A stretch of DNA of 63,986 nucleotides, filler included, from Octopus bimaculoides (taxonomy: Eukaryota): the NCBI RefSeq assembly GCF_001194135.2. It is 6 parts of 5 records of this genome, joined end to end, with 100 filler letters (N's around TTAATTAATTAA, not from the genome) between each part and the next. Parts side by side here need not be neighbours in the genome. Positions count along the whole stretch, not along the records: positions 16,316 to 40,335 come from NC_068982.1; 5 more parts are not named here. The stretch is one strand, 5' to 3'. The notes under the pieces are model-generated. The model saw nothing but the letters and a program-made list of their open reading frames with translations. It did no database searches and was not told the origin of the DNA. The position numbers were made by a program, and so were the translations under genes. Positions 23,741-37,814 of the stretch are shown piece by piece; the first letter of the stretch is position 1; every line of letters starts with the position of its first letter.

Positions 23741-24488
23741 TCAAACTCTACAACAGCTCTGCCGTCCGGGATCAAACTTGTGCAACTTCCAAACGACCAA
23801 TGCGTCAGGGCCTATGGATAATTTCCAGAGATCCCTGGCTTGGTAATGCTATCGAGACGCACTGCCAGTTCGAGAGAAGATCTACAGACACGGTTCGAAA
23901 ACCACCGGACCGACCTGCCCGAGATGCGGTCAGAGCGACGAAACCGTTCTGCACGCACTCGTGCAGTGNNNNNNNNNNNNNNNNNNNNNNNNNNNNNNNN
24001 NNNNNNNNNNNNNNNNNNNNNNNNNNNNNNNNNNNNNNNNNNNNNNNNNNNNNNNNNNNNNNNNNNNNNNNNNNNNNNNNNNNNNNNNNNNNNNNNNNNN
24101 NNNNNNNNNNNNNNNNNNNNNNNNNNNNNNNNNNNNNNNNNNNNNNNNNNNNNNNNNNNNNNNNNNNNNNNNNNNNNNNNNNNNNNNNNNNNNNNNNNNN
24201 NNNNNNNNNNNNNNNNNNNNNNNNNNNNNNNNNNNNNNNNNNNNNNNNNNNNNNNNNNNNNNNNNNNNNNNNNNNNNNNNNNNNNNNNNNNNNNNNNNNN
24301 NNNNNNNNNNNNNNNNNNNNNNNNNNNNNNNNNNNNNNNNNNNNNNNNNNNNNNNNNNNNNNNNNNNNNNNNNTTTTTTTCTTCCCGCGATCCCTTTTGA
24401 TCGAAATTATCCCCCCCCCCCAAGAAAAGCTCTACTTTGTAATTTGTCCATTTTCTGTATTTAGCCCTGTGTGGCTATAATAAAAAGA
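23741..24488 (+). mobile_element. 5'-truncated L1/Tx1-type LINE 3' end spanning a gap
   Basis: SLAW*CYRDALPVREK...CPRCGQSDETVLHALVQC (zf-RVT CCHC knuckle, 23916-23968); 3' UTR with AATAAA at 24479; (TATC)n on both flanks. Confidence 0.8.
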
Positions 24489-26168
24489 TATCTATCTATA
24501 TATATATATATTTATATATATTTATATATATATACTATAGTTTATTGCATTATCTGGTAGTCGGTGCTAATAATTGCTGCATATTAGTGGGTTGATTAAA
24601 AAGAGTGCGTAATGAACAGAATATGATCTTAATTTGCAAAAATGTTAAAAGTACTCCACTATGCTACTGATGAATTCAGTTGATTGATTGACTTCACTAT
24701 GGCATAATTAACTGCAGCTCACCACTGCAAAAATAATACTGTCATATGCCAGCCATTACAGGGAAGTGTCAAAAATTTTGCCTTTCTTCAAGAGAAAACA
24801 AGTTGCACTAATATATAATACATGAATATAGAGGCAATTTTTCCAATACGGTAATATATCTGACAGCGTTTCCAATTAGTAGCCATGTTGGTATTTGAGC
24901 TCGAGAAAATGATTTTAAATATAGGTTAGTTTCCTCTTACCGTCCGTCGTGTAATAATGATGTAAGAATTGAAAGTACAGCTATGATTGGACTTTGATTC
25001 CTCTTGAAGATTTGAAGAGGGTATCACAGATACTTTGATGTACAGTTATGTGATAATTTGGAAGACAGTTTTTCCGTAATAAAAGATCAAAACAAAGTTT
25101 ATCAAACTGAGCATAAGAGCATTATTTACCTATACAAATGTCATAAATATATATACATATATATATATCTTTCTATACAGCTACTCTTTAAAACTCAAAG
25201 CTGCATTATCTGCTTGTTTTTCATGGTAATTTGAAGAGTTGTCTAAAGTAGATTTTAGGCATCTTTGCCGTAAACAGAACACACTCAGTTATGGGATACG
25301 AACCACCGAACATTAAACTCGTGTTACAGTAAAATAATGACCTCTACATAAACGACGAACAACGCTTTTTCTCAACAGCAAAGCACGGTAAGGAATTACT
25401 GTAATGGATAACGTTTATTCTTATATCAACATTTATTTCTTTACCTATACAAATTATGTACTGCACTTCAAAGGCAAGTTATCTTGAAGCAGGTTTTTTT
25501 TCTTTTCTTTACTTTGTAGTTTCCGTTTCGTTTTAGTAATCCACTCACTATAAATAGACAACAAGTATGGCAAAATTGTAATTTTAAGGAGGATACAAAT
25601 TGCTGTATGCGATGACAGAACTAATGTACAACGTGTCATGTTACAATGCAATACAATGTTAACATGCACTTAGCCAAAAGAAAGTTAAGTAACTGCTCCA
25701 CCTAAGAAGAGATTTAAGAATTTAAAGTCTGACATCAAAAGTTTTTCTATCTGGCCTAAATCTTTATCTTAGCTCTGTTCAAAGCTACTGGAAAGCATAT
25801 CATGTGAGTAAGTGAGATATAATTATTGCCTTTATTTTGTTTTATTCTTTCGGTAGTTTGATTTGTTTTTCTTTATGGCTTCGATAAAACATGGACTGAG
25901 TTTATGTGAAAATAATTGAAAGACACAAAAAGAAAAGAATAGAAAAAAAACTCAAAGAAAAATACAAATGCGCTTCAGGTTTTAACGTAGTGGTGATAAC
26001 AGTGTTGTTTGGCAGTTGCACAAGGAGGTTAGGCGTAATCAATGCGAAAAATTACTGTTTCGTTTTTCGAGATTGGCTTCTCATGGTAGCAATGCACATA
26101 ATAGATGGTTGATATCATCATTAGAATTAGATAAATGATGCCAAAATATATATATACATACAAAAACG

Positions 26169-26256
<88 letters not shown>

Positions 26257-27066
26257 GTTGTATGCAAGTTTATATGCATGTGTGCCTTTAAGTATATATA
26301 TACATACTTAAAGGCACACATGCATATAAACTTGGATACAACCATACACAGATACATACAAACCTACAAGCATATATAAGTGAAATCGCAGAAATAGGAG
26401 CGGAAGAAAAAGGGACAAATGGAAAATGTAAGATTTTACAACAGGTAGACAAAATTCTAAAAGAGATAGACAAAATGTAAACATAGACACATTAAAAAAA
26501 AACTATAGTTGTGTCTAGTGAATAGAACACGGAAAAATGGATAAGGAAAAGAAATAGCCTGCTGTTTCTTGTGAATTAGAGTAAGAAGCAAGATAATTGA
26601 ATCAAGAAAAGAAACGATTCATTTGACATGGTTGCACCAACGTTTCAAAGTTGAATTTTTGGAATAACCATAATGTTCTGGTGATTCGATTGCTTAGCTA
26701 TATATATTTGCATTGATTTGTGAATATACACGTGTAAAATATAATGCCGAGCATGCATATTAATGCCATCATGTAAACATAGTTTCCTCCACACTGAAAT
26801 TAATACAACATGCAGAAGGTTGCGAACAGATGCAATCCTAAGGATGTCATGCGGTTGAATAAATAATATATATTCATGTCTCATACCTCCTGACACATGT
26901 GGTTGATATTCGCCACATAAAATAATTTCAGCTGCATGGACATTCTGGACTTCATCTGCATAAATATTCTATATTACACTTCACTGCATTGGTTTATTGT
27001 TTGGAATGTTAGCCTAGTCCGTACGAGGAGCTTTCTCTGATAAACATACGATTCGCTGAAACCTTA

Positions 27067-27124
<58 letters not shown>

Positions 27125-27129
27125 ATCTA

Positions 27130-27217
<88 letters not shown>

Positions 27218-27560
27218 GCACCTTGGGCAAGTGTCTTCTACTATAGCCTCGAGACGACCAAAGCCTTCTGAGTGGATTTGGAAGACGGAAACTGAAAGAA
27301 GCCCGTCGTATGTATGTATATATGTGTGTGCGTGTCTGTATATGTTTGTGTGTCTGTGTTTGTCCCCCAACATCGCTTGACAACCAATGTTGGTGTGCTT
27401 ATGTCCCCGTAACTTAGCGGTTCGTCAAAGAAACTGATAGAATAAATACTAGGCTTCCAAAGAATAAATCCTGGGTAGATTTGCTCGATTAAAGATGGTG
27501 CTCCAGCATGGACGCAGTCAAATGACTTAAACAATTAAAAGAGTAAAAGAGTAAAGAGAG
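27218..27560 (+). mobile_element. SINE family A lacking the tRNA head
   Basis: Starts at GCACCTTGGGCAAGTGTC; ends in (GAGTAAAA)n tail. Confidence 0.9.
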
Positions 27561-28820
27561 TATATATTTATATTTACCTATATCTATATCAAGAGAGATA
27601 GCATATTTTGAGGTATCGGTATGTTTTTAGAGTTGTATTTCGATAAATGTTATTCACGTTTGTTCCATATCTTATAGGTTCCTTTAAGAGGTGCTTTTTT
27701 AATTAAGCATTTATATAGTATAATTCATGGCTTGATATTAATATCACGTATGGAGGAACATAATTGCAGAATCAATGTATCAGTTATCAGTATGACAACT
27801 AAATAATAATATAGTTTATACCATACCAAGCACCATAATTTAATTCTTAAAATCGAGGTATTGTGAAAGCATAGTTTCGTGGTTGTAGAATTTATTTTCT
27901 AAATAACTTAGTAGACAGCTTTATCTTAAAATCTAATTGTTAACATTTGCTTCGTGCAAAATATTTTCTATCTGTTGGTTTCTTGATATCAGAACCTTTG
28001 TTCTGTTACAAATCATTGTTTGTTTGGCGCATAAACAGAACGAATACGTTGTAGAAACATACCTTGCTTCACTAATGTATGAACAAGGATGAGTGAACTT
28101 TCTCTAAGAGCAAACTGATTAATTTACACATAAAGATTACTTTGTCCACGCAACCAAAAAGGAAACGTTGATTTCCTTGATATCAACTTAGCTTTTAGAA
28201 ACATTGTTATTTCAAACCTATGGAACATACAGTTGATAGCATAACGGAATCGGTCGCTCTATACATTATATACAAGTATTAATAACACCTGACATAAAAA
28301 GTATAGCAATGTTTAACATTTTCCTTGTCATTGCGCTGTTTTTAACAGAATTGGGAAAATATGTCAAAGTCTCGATTTTGTTATGGCCTTTTTAGTTCAT
28401 CGCATATTGCATAATTTGTGCTTTGCTCTCGTGCATCCTATTCAATTATGTTCACGCTGGATTGTAAAACTTTACTTTAATCTCGGTCACACATTGGTAT
28501 TTGTTCACCGTATTCAGAATAAAGGATGAATGGACAATGAAAAGCAAGTAATACAAATAAATGGGATGCAATAAAAGCATTTAATCTCATCGAGTTTTCT
28601 ACAGAATCTTTACACTGCGGTTGCATTTGTGAATGAGTGCACTCAAAAACAGAGAGACAAACTCACAGATACACACACTACTCATACATGCGTATAGCTA
28701 TTTATTAATCTGTCTATTCATCTATCTATCTATCAATCTGTCTGTCTGTGAGCATGTGTGTGTGTCTCTGTTCCTATTTCTCTCTCACACAGCCTCTTCT
28801 CTCTCTCTCTCGATATATAG

Positions 28821-28855
<35 letters not shown>

Positions 28856-28868
28856 TACACACATGCAT

Positions 28869-28900
<32 letters not shown>

Positions 28901-30284
28901 GTATGTATATGNNNNNNNNNNNNNNNNNNNNNNNNNNNNNNNNNNNNNNNNNNNNNNNNNNNNNNNNNNNNNNNNNNNNNNNNNNNNNNNNNNNNNNNNN
29001 NNNNNNNNNNNNNNNNNNNNNNNNNNNNNNNNNNNNNNNNNNNNNNNNNNNNNNNNNNNNNNNNNNNNNNNNNNNNNNNNNNNNNNNNNNNNNNNNNNNN
29101 NNNNNNNNNNNNNNNNNNNNNNNNNNNNNNNNNNNNNNNNNNNNNNNNNNNNNNNNNNNNNNNNNNNNNNNNNNNNNNNNNNNNNNNNNNNNNNNNNNNN
29201 NNNNNNNNNNNNNNNNNNNNNNNNNNNNNNNNNNNNNNNNNNNNNNNNNNNNNNNNNNNNNNNNNNNNNNNNNNNNNNNNNNNNNNNNNNNNNNNNNNNN
29301 NNNNNNNNNNNNNNNNNNNNNNNNNNNNNNNNNNNNNNNNNNNNNNNNNNNNNNNNNNNNNNNNNNNNNNNNNNNNNNNNNNNNNNNNNNNNNNNNNNNN
29401 NNNNNNNNNNNNNNNNNNNNNNNNNNNNNNNNNNNNNNNNNNNNNNNNNNNNNNNNNNNNTATATATATATTTATGTATGTAATATATGGACTTGACTTT
29501 GGATCGGGCATTCATTTATCGTTGTTCCATTTGTGAAAAATCAAATGTACCCATGTACATATGTATGCATATATGTAACAACGACAACAACCTCAGCAAC
29601 AATAGCAGTATGAAGGCTCCATTGTTGATCTGCATGTCGCCATGTGCTGAACATATTTACAAACTATTGGTATTTGTATGTATGCCCACTAAACTGCTTC
29701 TCTTCTTCCAACTATCCCCCAACCCTCACGTAATCATGATTATTTCAAGTACAAGGCAAAAGTCGAAACCCCAAAACATTTTATAATACTATACAGGAGT
29801 AGGAGCGAAGCTGATAGGCTTAACTAAATTCAGAAGCATCTCATAACAAGGAAGATAACAGCCACATAGTTGCCATGACTACACAGGGTGTCCGCAAGGA
29901 TAGAGACTACGGCAGTATTGGTGCTAATTAACGATGGCCACTGCTGCTGTAATGGCAAGGTAGAAGTAACTGGAATGGTAATAATGGCAGAGTTGTCTAT
30001 AGTGACACAGATAACAACCGCTTCTACATCAGCCACACTGGGCTCAATGCGAAATTCTTATCTTGCACAAAAACGTCATACGAACCTAAAACGAAAGATA
30101 AAACAGTACAGCATATTTTTTTACCTATGGTTAATCTGGAAGCACGTCCCATTGGAGAGGATCAGTCTGGGTGCCGAAAAGTCATCCACTGGCACAAACT
30201 CTTCTCTGAATATGAATTTGGAAGGTTACTTGAACGCGAACTTCCCCAATTAGAGTCCTCTAAGTTCCCCACCACAGCCACAAC

Positions 30285-32300
30285 AGCAAGGAAAATGTAA
30301 GAGAATCAAATGAACCCAAGAAGAGTATAAAGATGTCATTTGCGCTTATTACTATGCATTAAATAGGCCATGGAGAGGAACACATCGCACACTCTTATCA
30401 AATATGGAGAACACAAAATCAAGACAGCTATTTGGATGAAAACTAGTTAGAACATTTTAGGCGGTACATCTTTAGAAATAATAGACTCAGAGATAGAGGA
30501 ATGACAGGAAGGAAATGAAGAATCAGACGATATCGCTGGATATCCTCAAAATTTCTGTAATTTCAAACATCCTGAAGTACGACATGTCAGTGTGGAACAC
30601 GGATCTCCAACGATACCACTCTAGTGTAGTACTGACTTCAAATAATAGTATCAACTGTGGCATTTGGAAGGTGAATCACTTTCACTATTAATTTTTTTTT
30701 ATATAACCCAAATACCTCATACAAGCGAACTTAACAAAACAGAATAGTGGTATAAAATTCAGATCAAGAAAATAAGCTATTTCTTTTATATGGATGTCTT
30801 ACAACTCTATGGCAAAGACAATAATGAGATTGAAGGCCTATCACATACTGTGGAAGCGTTCAGTGATGATGTTGGGATGAAAATTGGTCTTGATAAAAAT
30901 TCCAAGGCTACTTTCCCGAAGGAAAGCTGAAGACCTCAAATTCAGTGGTGTTAGACGTTTATACAGTTATAAAATGAATTTCAGCAGGAACAAACTTGCA
31001 AATACTTAGGAATAAACGAGTGTTCTGGCATTCGTCATGCAAGTATGAAGGAAAAGATCAAAAAGGAATGTTACAGGGGAGTTCGGGCAGTCCTAAAATC
31101 TGAGTTAAATACACATAACAAAGTGTTAACCATAAATTCCTCAGCAGTTCTAGTTGTTATTTATAGCTTCAGTGTGTCCAATTAGAGTATCAGCAGATTA
31201 AAGGAAATTGAAACGAAGATCAGTAAGCTGCTGGCATGCAATAGTATGCATCACCCGAAGGCAGACGCGGTTCGTCTTTACCTTCTCGTAATCCAAGGAG
31301 CTCGAAGCCTGATCTAGTTTTAAATCTCTTACAAAACCATCACAAGTGGACTGGCCAAATATTTTCAAACATCTAACCATTGGATTCTAAAACTCGGTGA
31401 AAACCACGTGAGACGTAAGAAGCTTCATTCTGTCAGGAAAGAGAACAAACAATTGGCTGGTGAGTTTATGCATGATACCCAGGTTTGAACTCATGATGTA
31501 GATGCAGCAACTGTTGTTGCAAAGAAGATGAAATCAATGGCAAAGAAAAAAAAAGCGTTTGAACAATTGGCTGAGAGGTGAGAATAAAATCTTCAGCATG
31601 GCAAATATATAACTCGTACCAACAAGTTGATATAGACGAAAAGCGCACCGATCAGTAGCTACGGAGCTCCGGGCTGAGACAGAGTGTGAGGGCTTTATCT
31701 TTGTCGTGCAATATCAGAGCTTATTGACCCGGAACTATCACGCCAATGTGATGAAAAATAGTGTTTACTCCATTGGTAGGATGGAAACAGTGGACCACCT
31801 AAACTCTGGGCGTAAAGTCTTAGCACCTGTATAGTATAAATCAACACATGACAGAATTGGCCATTATCTACATTTGTTAAGATGTCAGTATTTTAAAATC
31901 AATACTGCTGATAAATGGTAGAAGCACAACTCTGAGGTTGTAACTGAGGGAGAAACTGTAACGATTTTTCGGGACATTCCAGTGCATAGAGGCTGAACCA
32001 TCAAAGCTTAATTAACCATATATTGTTGTGAAAGAAGAAAACGATAAAATATGTTTATTGATTGACATGAGCATACCTAATTGTCATAATGTCTTGGCAA
32101 AAGAATTTGGTAAGCTCAGAAAATATAAAGATTTGCTGATTGAAATCGAAAAAATGTGGCATCTCAAGATGGTTAAAATATCAATGAGCACTTCTAATGG
32201 TCAAAATAGGAACTGAAAATAATTTGAGGCTGATCCCTGGCTTACTATCCTTGCAGAAAGCGTAAACAATTGAGTAAATGAGTACAACATTGTCGCTCTG
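30285..32300 (+). mobile_element. R4/Dong-type RLE non-LTR retrotransposon, decayed and internally deleted
   Basis: N-terminal KRIK*TQEEYKDVICAYY; RT FFYMDVLQLYGKD..IEGL...FSDDVGM, KYLGINE, MHHPKAD..RLYL; RLE PYIVV...LLIDMSIP...KLRKYKDLLIEIEKMW. Confidence 0.88.
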
Positions 32301-32311
32301 AATTTTCCACG

Positions 32312-32400
32312 GGCATATGGCGTAGTGGTTAAGAGGGCGGCTACTAACCCTAAGATTCCGATTTCGATTCCAGGCAGTGACCTGAATAATAATAACAAAT
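32312..32400 (+). mobile_element. SINE family C tRNA head, tail replaced by (AAT/GAT)n
   Basis: GGCATATGGCGTAGTGGTTAAGAG...CTACTAACCC...TTCGATTCCAGGCAGTGAC, nearly the same as 17514-17590. Confidence 0.8.
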
Positions 32401-32719
32401 AATAATAATAATAATGATGATGATAATAATAATAATAATAATAATTATTATTATTATTATAATGATGATGATGATGATGACGATAATTATATTGATAATA
32501 ATAATGATAATGATTTCATTTATTTGCCACGTGGGCAAAGATGACGAGGACAATACAGAGACAGACATAAAGTGCGGGCGTTTACATATAATAATGAAAT
32601 GATAAATAAAAAAAAGAAATAAAAAAGAAATAAGTAAGTTTTAAAAAATCTATACCCGGTATAGAGTGGGAAATAGGAGACATATGCATAGCGTATAGAA
32701 GTACAAAAAAAAAAGCCAA

Positions 32720-33050
32720 TATGAGTGGTATGGCGAAAATAGTAAATTACCGGGACCTGGCCATTGAGTTACAGAGGCTACGGAAAGGGCGGGTAAAATG
32801 TATTCCTGTAGTTATAGGCTTATTAGAAAATATTCCTGAAGATTTAAACAGGTGGATAAAGGAAACACATAAAATGTACTTTAGTGCAGCTCCATAAAAC
32901 AGTACTATTAGGGACAGCTAGGATGCTTTGGAAAGTTCTTGGCATCTGAGGTTACTTGTTGTAGTTCGATGTTAGGAATTTTATTCCAAACAGCCTAATC
33001 CATTCTACGTGTTCGAAATGTATGAAAGAACGGCAACAACAACAATAGTA
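32720..33050 (+). mobile_element. R4/Dong-type 3' end (RLE C-terminus and 3' UTR)
   Basis: KIVNYRDLAIELQRL...CIPVVIG...KTVLLGTARMLWKVLGI*, then CAA/TAA-like tail. Confidence 0.8.
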
Positions 33051-33354
33051 ATGGTTTATTTCTGAACAGCGAGGATTTTACGCTTGGTACTTGAATGTTA
33101 AGTATCGTGGAAAGAACCCCTGTGCGATCCTTGACAACAGGTCGTTGTCCGCTCTTACATAATTAGCCGGAAGAAGTGAAATCAAGAGCTCTGACAAGTG
33201 AAATGGAAATAATAATAACAACAATAATAGTAGTAGAAGAAGAAGAAGAAGAAGAAGAAGAAGAAGAAGAAGAAGAAGAAGAAGAAGAAGAAGAAGAAGA
33301 AGAAGAAGAAGAAAGAGGAGAGGGAGGAGGACGTGGAGGAGGGGGAGGAGGGGA

Positions 33355-33700
33355 GGAAAGAGAAATGAACAAGACTGCAATGGAATGTTATTAACTCAAG
33401 AAGCGAGTTTTCTGGAAAAGGTTGCTGAACATTTGAAATGGTATACGAATATTTAAGTGCAGTGAACAAGTTAGCAGGTTGGGATATTGTGAATCTGAAA
33501 TCGAAATGAAACATTACTATGGCTTGGAGATTGAGGAAATGCAGAGAGATATCAATCCATAATTATTAGAAAAAAGCTATGAAGGTCCTATGGATTACGA
33601 CAACACTTCCGATAATCAGGAGAATAGCTAATAATAAAGAGATAACACCCAAAATGTGATTGAAAGCACTGAAGGTACTATCTCTCTATCGTTCGATCTA
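33355..33700 (+). mobile_element. R4/Dong-type ORF N-terminal fragment
   Basis: EMNKTAMECY*...KRLLNI*...FKCSEQ..A...EIEEMQRDI. Confidence 0.6.
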
Positions 33701-34909
33701 TCAGTAATATACATACATACATACATATATATATATATAATATNNNNNNNNNNNNNNNNNNNNNNNNNNNNNNNNNNNNNNNNNNNNNNNNNNNNNNNNN
33801 NNNNNNNNNNNNNNNNNNNNNNNNNNNNNNNNNNNNNNNNNNNNNNNNNNNNNNNNNNNNNNNNNNNNNNNNNNNNNNNNNNNNNNNNNNNNNNNNNNNN
33901 NNNNNNNNNNNNNNNNNNNNNNNNNNNNNNNNNNNNNNNNNNNNNNNNNNNNNNNNNNNNNNNNNNNNNNNNNNNNNNNNNNNNNNNNNNNNNNNNNNNN
34001 NNNNNNNNNNNNNNNNNNNNNNNNNNNNNNNNNNNNNNNNNNNNNNNNNNNNNNNNNNNNNNNNNNNNNNNNNNNNNNNNNNNNNNNNNNNNNNNNNNNN
34101 NNNNNNNNNNNNNNNNNNNNNNNNNNNNNNNNNNNNNNNNNNNNNNNNNNNNNNNNNNNNNNNNNNNNNNNNNNNNNNNNNNNNNNNNNNNNNNNNNNNN
34201 NNNNNNNNNNNNNNNNNNNNNNNNNNNNNNNNNNNNNNNNNNNNNNNNNNNNNNNNNNNNNNNNNNNNNNNNNNNNNNNNNNNNNNNNNNNNNNNNNNNN
34301 NNNNNNNNNNNNNNNNNNNNNNNNNNNNNNNNNNNNNNNNNNNNNNNNNNNNNNNNNNNNNNNNNNNNNNNNNNNNNNNNNNNNNNNNNNNNNNNNNNNN
34401 NNNNNNNNNNNNNNATATATGTAAACACATACATACATAGTTGTATGTATGTATGTATGTATGTATGTATTTATGTATCAATCGTTTATATTCAAATTAA
34501 TGTGGATGTATTAAATAATGCATTATTAAACATGCAATGACCTCTCATTTGGGCACGCTTGGTGCATGAAAGCACATGTTAAGTTAGATATACCTATTAC
34601 TTTTTCCAAATAACACTACCTCCGTCACTAATAATCAACATGTAATAAACCTGCTGGGTGTCTGCGAAACCAGTATCTGAATACATGCTTATATTCTACA
34701 TATCGTCTTTGCATGATTTTTGGAAGTTGGATGCCACCAACTGATGATATGCAGTAATCTGAAATCACGTGATATGGGATATTCGGCGTCTATTACAGAC
34801 GATTGCCATCCGTTAAAAGTTTTTGTGCGTGTTATTTTATGCAGCAAACGCCTACATGAGAGGATCAGTCAACTGTCTTCTAAGAAGACATTCCGTCATA
34901 ATAATATAA

Positions 34910-34957
<48 letters not shown>

Positions 34958-35014
34958 GTGTGTGTGTATGTGTGCGTGCGTGTGCGTGTGTGTTCATACA
35001 TGCATATATACATA

Positions 35015-35536
35015 CAGAGGTTGGACAAAATAATGGAAGCACCTTAACATTTCAAACAAATTTATTTTAATATGGAGTAGGACCGCCTTTGGCAGTAATT
35101 ACAGCTTGAATTCTACGAGATATGGTCTCGTACAAAGTGTGAATTGTTTCCAAAGGAATTTTGTCCATTCTTCAGCTAAAACAGTCTCCCCTTCTTATAG
35201 TGATGATGGTGGATGATATCGATTCCTTACTTGTTGTTCTAAAATGCACCATATATGTTGAATAATATTGAGATCTGGGTACTGCAGTGGCCAGATAAGA
35301 TGTTCAACTTCACTAGAATATTCCTTGTGCCATTTGATAAGAAATTTAGCTGTGTGAAGTGGTGAAATTTGCGCAAAATATATTAAGAAACAGCAATTTT
35401 AGCAAAATATATTAAACAACACTAATAATAAATTTAAAAAAAACATAAAAATGAACAAGCTTTTGACAGTTTTATAGATACTTCAAAATCATGATGCTAT
35501 GATGTTAGGTGTTTCCATTATTTTGTCGAACCCCTG
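35015..35536 (-). mobile_element. Tc1-like non-autonomous deletion derivative, 522 bp
   Basis: TIRs plus TA match with 3 mismatches over 32 nt; TA on both sides; minus-strand WPLQYPDLNII...EEWTK...RRIQAVITAKGGPTPY*. Confidence 0.93.
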
Positions 35537-36412
35537 TAGGTATGCGTATATAAATATATATATTTCTGTTGGTAGTTTGTTCTCTCGTGTGTCTACGTAG
35601 TTTGTTCTCTCTTGTGTCTACATATTTTCGCTCTCTTCATATATATATATGAAGCGAGAGAGAGAGAGAGAAAGAGATTGAGAGAGAGAAAGAGGCTGAG
35701 AGAGAGAAAGAGATTGAGAGAGAGAAAGAGATTGAGAGAGAGAGGTGGACAGAAGGGGAATAGAAATGAGGAAGAGAGATCATGTATCCCTCACACAAAT
35801 GCAAATATGCGAAATAGCAATTATACGAGTGCGGCGGTAAGTATGCAAATCAACCAGAGTCGACTCCGAAACACACGATCAAACGACTTACATTTTCAGT
35901 AATAATATTTATTCCCCTCCCCCCATTAATAAAAAGAAATAAAGTAACAAATAATCCTAAATATATTTTTTTTCTACTCGTCGAAAATACATACAAATCT
36001 AATTACAAGTTGAAGCCATGCTAGATAAACTAACTTTTGCAAAAAGTCGAAGTGTGTAATGAAGTGTACACATTCTGGCAGCTGCAAATGACTGGATTAA
36101 TGCAGAGAATACGAAGCACAAGATTATATAAAGAAATGTAAAGAGGGAGAAACGTGCTGCAAGATATGAAGGGATTGAATGATGGCAAAACTAGACAAGA
36201 TCTGAACGACGTCTAACTACTTGGTAAATCCAATATCGTTTAGTCTAAAATAGATTACAAGATCACCTCCAATAAGTGCATCGTTAAATTCATTTCATCT
36301 TTAAGTAAACAAAAATACATTTTTCCTTTCGTTTACTGTTTCTTCGCTCGAGCAACATAAATCCACGTACACAATCACGCATATCTATATATCAATCAAT
36401 CTATCTTTGTAC

Positions 36413-36463
<51 letters not shown>

Positions 36464-36489
36464 TGGATAGATAGATAGACAAATACATA

Positions 36490-36650
36490 CATACATACAT
36501 ACGACCATCATCTTTAATTTCCGTCGAAAAATCCACTCACAAGTCTTTCGTCGGCCCAAGGCTGACGAAGCACAGTGTACAAGACACTTGCTCAAGGAGC
36601 TAGACACAGAGACTGAACACGTTACTATGTGTTTGAGAAGCAATCTTTTG
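36490..36650 (-). mobile_element. SINE A-like 5' half
   Basis: AAATCCACTCACAAG...GACACTTGCTCAAG...GAGACTGAAC. Confidence 0.7.
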
Positions 36651-36950
36651 CTCACCGAGTCTGGCGTGCATCAAGAGTTTGCGTCAAGTGTTTGTCATAT
36701 AGTTCTTGAAGAACAATTTTTTCGTCAGTAACTACGATTGCTCTAGACTTGTCAGCATCCTTGGGGGTTATCGATGAGTCCTTTTGTACATTGTTTAATG
36801 CCTGTGCTTGGTTTTTAGAGACGTTAAATTTACATTTCGTCCCTGTATTACTGGGTTGTACTGATTGTTGTAGGCAGGTTATGTAATCTTCCAAGTGTTT
36901 CGTTTCCATTTCGGGGACATTGGAATGCATTTTTCGCTTTGAATAGTGAT
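36650..36950 (-). mobile_element. Penelope-like pre-RT fragment
   Basis: FNVSKNQAQALNNVQKDSSITPKDADKSRAIVV resembles NLS..E..AL..L......IK.ADKG.AIV. Confidence 0.7.
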
Positions 36951-37670
36951 CCCTCTGTATATGCAACATTTAGAAAGAGTTCTTTTAACCGTCGTTTTCT
37001 GCAAAACGTGTGTATAAATGTATGTATGATTATGTAGAGAGTTTATAAGTATGCGTGTGTGTCTCTTGGTGTGTGTGTGAGAGTGTGTGAGTGTGTGTGT
37101 ATATTTGTATCCGTGTTGTCTATGTATGTACAGCTTTGTAACATCGCTACCAACACCCAGAGAGAAACACAGACTATATTTAAGGAACCCTGATACCAAT
37201 TAAAGAACATTTGGAAAATTGCTATTAACAAAGAAAAAAAAATCTCGATGCAAAATCAAACACTCTTTTTTTCTTGAAATATAAAACAAGTTCTGATGAT
37301 CACTGGAAGGAAAATAGAGTCACGAAACGATTTGTTGACATCAAATGATTTTTAAACACCTAATCTTTAAAGTGGAAATCATTGTCAAAAATGAAGGAAT
37401 TATCAAAAAAGACAATCTTATTAATTTTTTCATATNNNNNNNNNNNNNNNNNNNNNNNNNNNNNNNNNNNNNNNNNNNNNNNNNNNNNNNNNNNNNNNNN
37501 NNNNNNNNNNNNNNNNNNNNNNNNNNNNNNNNNNNNNNNNNNNNNNNNNNNNNNNNNNNNNNNNNNNNNNNNNNNNNNNNNNNNNNNNNNNNNNNNNNNN
37601 NNNNNNNNNNNNNNNNNNNNNNNNNNNNNNNNNNNNNNNNNNNNNNNNNNNNNNNNNNNNNNNNNNNNNN

Positions 37671-37715
<45 letters not shown>

Positions 37716-37814
37716 TGTGTTGGCTCATCCTATAACTGATGCGGTTTTTATACTTTTAGTTTTCAAAATTAAGATAAACAAAATTATTTTTTAATCAAAA
37801 ATATAATCTTCATT

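Noticed and set aside
28633-29536. Long ORFs here and at other gaps (23692, 33628, 37345, 54214, 60258)
   Set aside because: Their length comes from N runs translated as X.
33163-33394. Poly-Glu, poly-Ser and poly-Leu ORFs
   Set aside because: Translations of one (GAA)n tract; only the last codons belong to a LINE remnant.
35650-35742. ERKRLR-repeat ORF (35612-35902)
   Set aside because: An 18-bp variant of a (GA)n microsatellite.
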